Both the position numbers and the translations under genes were made by a program. From Octopus sinensis (taxonomy: Eukaryota): a stretch of 24,488 nt of DNA. Positions 10,819 to 20,586 of this stretch are shown here, piece after piece (the first letter of the stretch is position 1; every line of letters begins with the position of its first letter). Location of the stretch: NCBI RefSeq assembly GCF_006345805.1, contig NW_021836278.1:1-24488 (forward strand). The letters are read 5' to 3'. The notes below the pieces were generated by a model. It was not told the DNA's origin and did no database searches. It saw nothing but the letters and a program-made list of their open reading frames with translations.

Positions 10819-11806
10819 TGTCGCGAGCCGTGAGTGAAACTGAGCTCAGACTGAAACCATGACAGCTGTCATAAATGCCAATCCTTGTCAAAACTATAAT
10901 AATCAAATATTTTTCAAAGGAAACATTAACTAATTATTTTTAAGTATTTTTTTAAAGCGTTTAGAATGCACTTTCCTCACTAATCATCACTATCTTTAAC
11001 ATTGATAAAATTGATGGAAAATTTTTCAACAATAGTGGCAGAATCTCTATATGGATGCTCAAACTTTTGCAAAGATAGTGAGTGATTAGTTCCATAGTCC
11101 TTCTGAATAAGAATTTTTATGTAATAATAATTAGATACATTATCTTCGATCTTAAATTCATGTTTCGATCGATACACGCCCATCTCTTTATTCATCCTTT
11201 TATAATAAGCAGAATTCAGGCCTACCCGAGGTAAATCAAATTTGTAATCACCTTTGGTAAAATTATAAAGATTACACCTACAGAAAAATAAAAGCACAAA
11301 TTTACCTGTGTATGAGTGAGGCGTTTGATTGTATAAAAACACAGCCTTTCGAATGTGCTTTATCCACTTTTCTTGTCATCCAAAGCCATCATTTTTAATA
11401 AAATCCGCGAAATGGTCGATTGAATCTTTTAACAATCACCTGACTCCGAGGATTGTTGGGTCATGAAATTTTCAGCTTTCTTTTTTAGTCGGAATTCTTT
11501 AACTTTCGATATATCAACTTTTTGACCTTCAAGAACAGATTTTAGTAGATTGTACTCTGCATCATCTTTAAAGAACACCCTTGTTTAGGCCATTGAAGAA
11601 AGAAAAAAAATATTTATTTAAAAAAAAGCTGTTAGTAGAGGGTATATAAAGACCTTCGGCATTCCTGCCTTTTCAGTCCCGCACATACGCTCACCTCTCA
11701 GCCACAAACTAAGACTTACCGCCTTACCTGCCACCCAGACATTATCTTTTCTAGGTTCTCAGAGAGGTCTTTGAGAGACAATTCCTGGGCGTCCAGGCTC
11801 GTGACA
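10819..11806 (-). mobile_element. 988-bp Ginger-type element, internally deleted
   Basis: Termini TGTCGCGAGCC and GGCTCGTGACA with TATTA at 10814-10818 and 11807-11811. Minus strand: EYNLLKSVLEGQ...KKKAENF fused to PNNPRSQVIVKRFNR...FLYNQTPHSYTG...KDYGTN...KFEHPY. The C-terminus is homologous to that of the 7724-10208 element. Confidence 0.85.
11643..11677 (+). promoter_or_regulatory. Candidate TATA box plus Initiator inside the Ginger right end, pointing outward
   Basis: TATATAAA at 11643-11650 and TCAGT at 11673-11677, placing the TATA about 32 bp upstream of the Inr A. Confidence 0.35.
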
Positions 11807-12439
11807 TATTAACTTTCAAGCATATTCATATAAAAATTATCGTTATGTGAAAAATATTTGTTGAGATCAAAAACACGTTTTTTTTACATCTAAATGTCTA
11901 ATAAATTTCTTTCACAATCTTCAGTCCTTGGGAGCAACGGCTTCGCGCTTGGTCTGCTGCCACCGACGTCGCGGAATCGATCCGATCCGATAGGGGAGTG
12001 GTTGGAGGTACTATAGGAGCAACCTGGGATGGGGCTGTTGTTTCTGCAAGCTGCTGGTCTCATAATCTAATGTGAGATCAGGGTTACGCAACAAAAAAAA
12101 CAATCTTCAGTAATTGTGCTGTCTAAATTGTCATTTAAAAGAAATTCATAAGGTTTATCAATTTCTGGATACGTATAGCGTAAAAACTTCTCTTTTTATA
12201 AGATCTGATATCCTTAATTTATCTTTAGTTTGTTCCAATTCATTTATGGTCTTCCTTTGTAGGTTCCTTTATGCTTTTTCCTATTTGCTGTGCTGAAAAC
12301 ATTTGATATTGTATCCACTGACACTTTTTTTTAGATACGCAGGCTATCCGTGTGGCCGGAGTTAACACTTGAACTCTTTAATAGTGTTTAATTGTTAAAA
12401 AATATAACTAAATAAAAATAAATTTTTAAGCTCAGATTT

Positions 12440-13082
12440 TTTCTTTGATCTTATCCGGAGTAATTCCCATTTCACCATGAAAAATTCTTAAATTTAAATT
12501 ACGCCTTTTTTGTGATTTTCAAGCCATCTTTCATTTGATTTAAATTCAGAAGGACCGACCGTTTAAGGCAGTAAATTCAGTTTCTTTCGATAAAATTATT
12601 TCATCATTGAAACAAACAGCAATAGACTACATGTAATCTATCCAGATAATGATTTCAAAATTATTTTATGAATATAAAAGCATCGAAAAACGACTTCTCG
12701 TATGATGAATTTGATTAATTCCAAAAATCTTCTGTTTGTTTAATTTAAGATTGTTAATTGCAAACCTCAAAATTGATTTTTTAAAACGCGACTAAAAAAT
12801 TTCTAAAACACGCCTTAAACCTAGAGAAGCGTTATCAACAAGATAATTAACAATTTCAACTTTTTAAACAAAAGATAATCTAGAACACTTCTTCATGTTA
12901 CAAAAAAAGATATGCAATATGAATATTTGAAATCATTTTTAAACATGGCGAGTAAGAAAATTGCGAAGAAAAATGAATTTTTTACGTAAAAATGCCATTT
13001 TTTACCAAAAAAGGAGAATTATAGAAACAGCGAGCAATCGATGATAATTTAATTCAAATTTAATTATGAGACACGGTCACTA
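12440..13082 (-). mobile_element. Degenerate pogo/Tigger transposase N-terminal remnant
   Basis: FKSNERWLENHKK...IFHGEMG (CENP-B-type HTH) near 12470-12550; many stops; boundaries approximate. Confidence 0.55.
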
Positions 13083-13156
13083 CAGTCCTGAATTTAGTAG
13101 TAAAAAAGAAAGAAAATTAAATCTCAAAAGCATGTTCATATCAAATCATCTATTAC

Positions 13157-13782
13157 CTCCAGGATACTGAGGATTATTTGGAGTAGAATTAACAGTAAAA
13201 TTATACTAAAAATTGTCCCCCAAATCACTTCCACCTGAGAAGGATTCATTGCCATTCTTTTTGATGGAGTCGATTCGTTTTAGAGGAGTAACCTGCCTGG
13301 TTGGGCATTCCATGAGGCTGGCCAATCAGGTTGTGGATTGCGTATGGATTGCTTGCAAGGGATTGTTCTGATGTCATCACCACAGGCATCAAAATTGAGT
13401 TGGCAGGACCCCGGATGGTGCAGTTGAAGCTATTTAAATATTTAAAATAAATATTTATAATATAATTTAAAATATAATACAATTATTTGAAAATGTTGCC
13501 TGAGCTTGTAGTTGATAGTATTGGTTGAGGTAATGCCGACGCTCACGTGTGTGGCCTGTCACTGCCTTTGATGCCCCAAGTTTAGCCCGCCAAGACTAAA
13601 GGCGGGAAATAAATGAGAATTTATGCCTGATCGAGTTCAACAAGGATCTGTTCGTCAAGACCTTCGTTGATGAAGAGATCTTTGACATTTGTGAGGACAT
13701 TGCTGATTACTGATTGGTAGAAGTGAAGCTATTTTATAAAAAGAAAAAAAGAGCAACATACAACTGGATTAGAGCCTGACAT
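13157..13782 (-). CDS. GTF2A1: TFIIA large subunit (alpha/beta precursor), N-terminal half; C-terminal exons not found
   Basis: Spliced MSGSNPV^LHFYQSVISNVLTNVKDLFINEGLDEQILVELDQ^SWRAKLGASKAV, matching the TFIIA N-terminal helical bundle. Introns of 33 nt (13729-13761), 31 nt GC-AG (13596-13626), about 51 and about 29 nt, followed by low-complexity P/Q/N-rich sequence. Confidence 0.85.
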
Positions 13783-14125
13783 CGCAATTCACTGCTTATA
13801 TAACAACGATCGAAATTAATAAATCTATTTAATAGGTTAACCAGACTATAAACTAAATATATATTAATAAATTACACAATTGTTAATATAAATAAACAAA
13901 TGAAAAAACTCAAATAAGATAATTTATAAATAAATGTAAAATACGATAAAAAATATATGCATACAGATTTACTATATATGCTTAAAGACTAAAGAAAATA
14001 AATAAAAATATAATCTTATTTAAAAGTAATATATTAATTAAATATAATATTAATTAGAATAAATAATAAAATTATATCTTCCCTGCGTTGTGGTTCATTT
14101 CCTTTGAGATTAAATCTTTTCGAAA

Positions 14126-14900
14126 ATGCATTTGGATGATCTGCCAGATTATATGTCCGACGATATATTCACTAAATGGTTAATAAATCAAACATAATTC
14201 TTAGCGACAACATAAAGCCAGGATTACTAACAAGATCAGGCCGTATAAAACTAGAAATATATCAAAAAACAGAACTATTTAACCAAAACAACCAAAAATC
14301 CACAGATCCAAACGTTCACTACAAGATCAAAGACTAAAGGAAGGACTCTAACCAACCCCTACCACCAGAAAACGTGGGATTCAAACTCCTTTGCAAAATG
14401 GGGTACCAACCTGGAAGGGACTTGGCCTAACAAAGGGAATTGTGGAGCCACTGCCAGTAGAAATCCCCCAAGGCAAGTCTGGCGTGGGATTTACCAGCAG
14501 AAAATAAATTAAAATTGAAAAATAAACTCAAAAATAAGTTTATAAACAACCAAAGAATTAAAAATGAATTTTCAAATCATCAAAAAACAGCGAAATTTTC
14601 AATCAATTTTATTAAAACGTTTTTTAAGTGCGCAAAAAAGTTGTGAAAATCTTGATCTGTCGGCGGGGGTTGAGAGGCCTGTTTGGGACTATTTCTGGCC
14701 GGGTTGTCTACCTCAGGATAATGAGGAGTTGGAGGTTCGGCTGGGGGAGATTGTGGGGTATCTCCGGTCGACTTATTTGTATTGTTTTTTGTGTGGAATT
14801 AGCTTTAATGGTGGGTTATTAATTTTTATTTTTTGTAGATTTTGATGATATGATGCAGAATTGTCCAGGCGATGTTGATAAACATACTGATTGGGATTGA
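14126..14900 (+). CDS. GPATCH11: G-patch domain protein 11-like (CCDC75), with frameshifts
   Basis: N-terminal DYMSDD; G-patch NVGFKLLCKMGYQPG...GIVEPLPVEIPQGKSGVG; C-terminal YLRSTYLYCFLCG...CPG zinc-type motif (DUF4187-like). Introns of 26 and 28 nt. Confidence 0.85.
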
Positions 14901-15066
14901 TTATATTTTTAATATATTTTTAATATATTTTTGTCATTATTTGTAGTTTTTATTAGTTTTTTACTTACATAAAGTGGACAAAAATATTGGTACCACATCG
15001 AGCTAGTATATAATCAAAGAATTTATTGTTATTTTAATAATTAAATAATATTAATAAATTAATTAT

Positions 15067-16795
15067 TTATATTATATTTAAATAATGGAAATGTGCGTCA
15101 ATAGTCTCGAATATTGTGAGAGCATCTTGTTCTCCGTTGACCAAAACCTCAACTTGTTATAATAATTCTACAAAATATATTTAATCATACTTTTAAATCA
15201 TTTTCATTACTTCTATAATTTAAAATTTTTTTATTTATTTCATTTTTTGATTTTTGGGATTATAAATCAATCTTTTTGAAATTTTACAGATTCAGGTTGA
15301 CGTGTGGACAAATTATAATTCTTCCCAGTGACCGGATCTGTCCTCTTTGATGTCCCCCTCTCCATCACCGTCTCATCGGTAACTTCAAAGAAGAAAACCC
15401 TTTGATCCCCTCAATCAAACATCCTTACTTATACGGATTTATACTCGAATCATTAAGCAAACGCGCCTCATTTTCTGTTTCAGGAAAATTATAATAATCC
15501 ATCCTTTCATCAAACAGTCACGTTTATTCAAACGATCCACAAGACAACGAACCTTCAAAGAAGAGGGGACTTGACTGCTTTACACACAATTTACTTGGAG
15601 TCCCATCTTGGTAGTACTCACTCATGAGTTCTCCAAGGGCGGTCTTCCCTTTGATCTCTTGTAAAATCAATAAATTCACACAGAAACTGATTAAAATGAT
15701 TTAAAAATAAAAATTACTTTTTACAAGTCCATATCGTTTAGATAGCATGTCCCCGATTGTTGATTTCCGACTGCATGTGGGTCCGATAAGGACAATTTTT
15801 GGTACACGGGGAGCAGGGCTTAGTTGTTGCCAATTTATATAGCAAAATACTAAAAAGTTTAGAAGGTTGATTGCCTTCTTGGAGGACATCTTGGAAGGGT
15901 TGGTTGGAGTTTATCCTTTTAAAAGACCACAGGATGATTCGAATGGAGTTTTATTACGGTGATATTCGACTAGAGAGTTCAGTAGTTCCTCATTTTATAT
16001 TTTAAAGAGGAGTTCAAGTCCTTCAATGTCTTCAAGTGGAGGGTCGTACAACAAGTTATATGTTTCTAAAAATTTTATATAAAAATAAATATAATTAAAA
16101 AATAGTATTTAAAAAAGTAATTAATTAAACTTCCTGTCGAATTGTCATATCTAGTATTCTCAGCACGTGTAATAAGAAATCCATCCTCTTGTGTAGTAAG
16201 GTGGACTATAAATTAAATTCAAGTCAATTTTTACCGACATGAGTAGGAAAGACTCCAATTGACTGAATGTCCTGAAGGAGTGTCTTGCAGTCAAGGACCC
16301 CATCAATGACCCACCCACGAATTCTGCAATCAAATTGGTCAGTTCGATCAGAAATCATTTTTGCTATCAATTCTAATGGCACAGACTAAAAATAGTAAAA
16401 TCTAACCAAACTCATTATTAGTCACGTATTTGCTGATTTCTCTTGTTTTGTAATTAGCGTCATCTATGAGGGACTTTTCGGTGATTAAAACTAAATTTAG
16501 TTCCTTATGAAGTCTTTGGGCTAATGAGGACTTTCCAGATGCTGGAGGACCAAATAAAACGACGCGGAGAGCTTGGGGTTAAGACAGTGATTACTATCAG
16601 GTTTAATGTAGTCGATTTGATTGAGTAAAAAGTCAACTGGATTGTCTGGTTTGTTTATTATTAAGTTCTGCATCATTGCCTGGGTGTATTTAATGATTAT
16701 ATAAACTTCAAAAAAGTCAAATAATTTGTTTTTTTCTGCATATTCTATAAATTCTTTGGTATTTGTAATGGTCGAGAACATTGATCCATAGACAT
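15067..16795 (-). CDS. AK8: Adenylate kinase 8-like (N-terminal docking domain plus two AK domains), with several frameshifts and one in-frame stop
   Basis: MSMDQCSRPLQIP/KEFIEYAEKNKLFDFFE^AMMQNLIINKPDNPVDFL...RVVLFGPPASGKS...DCRIRGWVIDG...EYHRN...PKIVLIGPTCSRKS...DCLMKGW...RTDPVTG...VNGEQDALTIFETI. Ten introns of about 27, 23, 26, 29, 65, 25, 31, 25, 29 and 23 nt. Confidence 0.9.
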
Positions 16796-17825
16796 TAATT
16801 TTTTAGTCTCTTAGCAATATTATTCTATTAATATTCATTTTTATCAGTAGTAAAACATGATTAAAAAGTTGATTTTTGAATCTTTCTACAAACAAAATTT
16901 CCTAATAAATTAACTTTCTATCTCTAGAGTCAGAGAAGTATTTTACAATTTAAGTAAATCTTTGTTTGAATTCATAAAACATGCTTTCTAATTTATTGAT
17001 AAGATAAACTTAACTATATATGCTGCTTAAACAAATTTATTGCATTCTACCAAATCTATTAAACGTGATTATTTTCATATTGAACTTGAAATAACATTTT
17101 TGAAAATTTACAGCAAATTTGATATACGGTGACATATGCCGATACAACCAGTAAATTTGCTAAAACTATTGTTAATTAAGATTGTTTTCTGATATTATAA
17201 ATACTTTTTAATTATTTGTTGTGTTGGCTATTATGATTAGGTTTTTGAATAAATAGCAAACTATTGGGGAATACATTTAATGGTTCGAACTACCAAAACA
17301 TTCAAAAGTAAAATTGTGACAATTTTGATAAAAATTTATCTGAAAAAGTTTTTATATTTAATTATAATGTGATTACCACATTCCTCCGAATGATATAATT
17401 GATGTACTTATTTCAGGTTCGTTGTACCAGTTTTCAGGAATACACCCAAAATTCACCGTATTGCCAGACGTGACGTTTCGCGAAGAAGAAAGTCCAAAAT
17501 GGGAGGAAATTCTACCATTTAAACCGTAAATAGACACCCTGAATATCTCTTTGAATTTTTTTCTTTCATGTTTCTCTTTGAAATATAACTTTGTTGATTT
17601 GGAGCGTGTTTGTGTAAGAGAGACATGCAAGTAAATTTTTAAATTTTTTGATCTATAGTAGAATTCACTTTCATAAAGCAATAAAAAGCATTAAAATTTT
17701 CTTCCAAGAATTAACGCTGAATTTATTTTTATTCATACCATTGAGTTTTGTTTTTGCTTTTAATAGAATAAAAAACTTTTTGTGTGTCCTGAATATTATT
17801 TTTAAATTCATTTAATGATATTCCA

Positions 17826-18071
17826 GTGCTCAGGGAGGAGGCTAAGAGTCGAAGTAGGAAATATCTCGGACTCTTACGAGTTTGTCCCTTTCGCCTTCGA
17901 AACATCTGGATTGTCGGCAGGTTTGCAACTCGCCTTCTTGCCAACATTGCCAGGAGAATCGCCAAGAGACCAACGACCGGAGGGAGACGAGCTGGCTCTT
18001 CCAGCGAATCTCGGTCGCAGTGCTCGCGAGGAAACTGCCACTCGATACGCAGTGCGGCGACTTTGAGCTGA
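17826..18071 (+). mobile_element. CRE-clade-like retrotransposon 3' end (restriction-like endonuclease C-terminus)
   Basis: Merging three overlapping frames gives REEAKSRSRKY/SYEFVPFAFETSGL/RLLANIARRIA/QETNDRRETSWLFQRISVAVL/RGNCHSIRSAATLS*, the ETxG...QRISxAxxRGN signature. Locally GC-rich. Confidence 0.8.
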
Positions 18072-18199
18072 CCTCCAGGCTCTTTATTAATTTGTGTATA
18101 ACTTATTCCCCTTTTATATGAAATGAATGAACTGAATGATCGAAGTTTATTCATAAGAACCATCTTTAAAACAAAATTTAATGATATTTCATTGGTTGA

Positions 18200-18610
18200 G
18201 GTGGTGACGTACCTCTGTCTGTTACGGATATGTATTCGAAACAACACGGAGGTCCACAAGGAGACTCGCGCTTTTATTGTGTATCTTGAGGCCGCTCTGA
18301 GGGATTTTAAATCAGTTAAAAAATGATTATCACGAGATATCCTACGCAGATGACTTTGACTTTTTGTCGGACGACGGAGAAATTCTCAAATATATATAAT
18401 ATGCTCTTGAAAATTTGAAAAATGGTTCTCACTGTGAACACCGAAAAAAAACCGAATATTATCCTTATGCCGATCGGAAAGACGCATTGATGAATCATGG
18501 AGAGGCACAAACAGTTAGGAACGCTCCTGGGAGACACAGAGGATGTTACCCGATGGAAAATCCTTTCAAATGGAGCCTTTAGAAAGCTTATGTCTTTATG
18601 GGGAACTAAA
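18200..18610 (+). mobile_element. Degenerate non-LTR reverse transcriptase fragment (RTE/Proto2-like, clade uncertain)
   Basis: GGPQGDS...FIVYLEAALRDF, EISYADDFDF (YADD at 18343), LTVNTEKTE, WRG(T)KQLGTLLGDTEDV across frameshifts. Confidence 0.8.
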
Positions 18611-19259
18611 AGAAGAAATGCATATTTATGGCTTTTTTGATGATACGTGAGCCTTTATATCAGAGCAACGTCCATGATAAATTGAGAAACGCAAATAGCA
18701 CAGCATGCATTCAGCTGTATGATCGTTTTCACATTTTTTAAGAAATGGATGTTCCTTTTTAATATGTCGCGAGCGCAGCGCGCGACCGAGCGCTAGACGC
18801 GACTTTGACAGCTAACAAGCCTATCATCAACAAATATATTTATTAAATTATTTAAAATTTTAACATGATTTAAATTAAAATTGAAATAACTTAAGTTTTC
18901 CATTGAATCCCATAAAATAATTTATAAGTAGACCTTAATAGAAAAAGTAAAATCAATGAATACTGAACGCTAATTTGGTTTAGGTTGTGAGGGGGGGTAA
19001 TAATTTGACAGATCTCATTGTTATTTTTTCGTTTTAATCTCTAAATTAGGTCTTCTAATCAAAAATGAACTGTGCTGACAGGCGTGCTCCTTCAGAAGAT
19101 TCTTGTTTTGACATTTTAATAAATTATGAAGCATTTAGATTTTTTCTCATTATTCTAAAATATCAATTATAAATTTTAAAATATTATTTTTATTTATGAA
19201 ATCGGTTTTAAAGCTCATTCTGCTTTGGCATCGATTTTAATTTTGTTATCGAATATATT

Positions 19260-19573
19260 AATCCCAAATACAAGCCTAGGTATTTCCTCAGGCAGAACAG
19301 AGCATTAGTTGCTTTCCTTTTACTTAATTTTGCGTTTTTCGAGATAGTTTCCCTTTTCATCGATGAACAAGCCAAGATATTTAATTGAGTTTTGTCGAGG
19401 TATGTTCTTGATCAGGCACGGTAAATTATTAAATTTCTGCTTTCTGTGATTCTCAGTAATGCGGACTTCTCACGCGCAATAATGAACATATTTTCATCGC
19501 ACCATTGCTCCACTGTATTCATATATGATATAATCCTTTGTTCGGATAAGCAGGTTTCGATGAAATGTCAAGG
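19260..19573 (-). pseudogene. LINE RT continuation after the hAT insertion
   Basis: (DDVV)ILDISSK...NTVEQWCDEN...EKS...IKYLGLFIDE...KATNALFCLRKYLGLYLG across frameshifts. Confidence 0.85.
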
Positions 19574-19581
19574 ATTACAAC

Positions 19582-20578
19582 AGGCATTCTCACCTTTTTT
19601 TGTTCATCGCCCCCTTAGATATTTTGTCGCCCCCCTTTGAAATTTTATCGCCCCCTTGTCCACCTACAATTTAAAAATTTTTGGCATTGTCCCTTAATTG
19701 GTTGTTTTTTGTACATAACTCAAAAATCAAAATATAAAATTATAAATCAAATGTAAAAAATTGAATTTTATTAAAAATTATTAGTGAGACCCTTGATATT
19801 GATGTTTACTCGCTAAATATTCTATGTCGGGTTAATTCTGCTCAACTTTAGGCGTATATCGCCTCTATAACACACTTCCAGTCTATTTTTTTCACATTAT
19901 GTATTATGATTGACAAAACTAAATCCACTTTCAACCAATAAGTGGTAGGGAATGTCAATAGTACATTACTCATTTCCTTCCATAAATTTGGAAATTTCAT
20001 TTGTAGATCTTTTGATTGCCAAAATTTAGAGATACCATCCTGTTGAAATCTGTGAATATATTCTTCATTATATTTAAATTCAATTATCTCTTCTTGGATT
20101 GTTTCGTTCATATCTTCTGGCACACATGAAAACGGATCAATCATCCATGCTTCAAATTCCAAATCAAACAAATCTTTGAATCTAAGAGATATATCCGCTT
20201 CTAGTTCCGTCAAATGTTGACAATATGTCAAAATATTGTTTTGACTAAAATATTACTTATCTCAGATAGTTGTGAATGTTTCCAAACTGATTTTAGAAAA
20301 ATTATGTCGATAAAGCAATAATTTTTTCAAATGTTTTCATTATTCTTTTGCAATCAATCATGTTGACAAAATTTCCTTGAAGAAGAATAGTAATTTCATT
20401 AAATTTTGAGTCTAAATTATTAGGCTTGCCATTAAAAATATTCTAATTAACAATTTTTAATAAATATAAATTTTTTATTTTTTATTAAATATATTATCGC
20501 CCCCCTGTACAAAATTATCGCCCCCTTGTACAAATTTTCGCCCCTAGGGGGGCGATTCGCCCCCCTTTGAGAACACCT
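19582..20578 (-). mobile_element. 997-bp internally deleted hAT (Buster/Charlie-like) element
   Basis: TIRs AGGCATTCTCA and AGGTGTTCTCA; 8-bp duplication ATTACAAC at 19574-19581 and 20579-20586; subterminal TCGCCCCC repeats. Transposase C-terminus FNEITILLQG...FPTTY/LVESGFS...RGDIRLKLSRINPDIEYLASKHQYQGSH* on the minus strand. Confidence 0.9.
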
Positions 20579-20586
20579 ATTACAAC

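Noticed and set aside
7724-11806. LTR retrotransposon or solo-LTR reading of the integrase remnants
   Set aside because: Ends are inverted rather than direct repeats, the integrase contains spliceosomal introns, and there is no gag, protease or RT.
11900-12070. GC-rich minus-strand stretch after a possible AG acceptor, as a further TFIIA exon or LTR pol tail
   Set aside because: No TFIIA-beta motif and no diagnostic retroelement motif; left unassigned.
15960-16000. In-frame TAA in AK8 as evidence for a ciliate-type genetic code
   Set aside because: Isolated case. Other genes end at TAA/TGA and long ORFs (9057-9587, 22875-23699) read through with the standard code; an indel or substitution error is simpler.
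17729-18259. 176-aa minus-strand ORF
   Set aside because: Antisense to the GC-rich CRE fragment; the plus-strand frames carry the conserved motifs.
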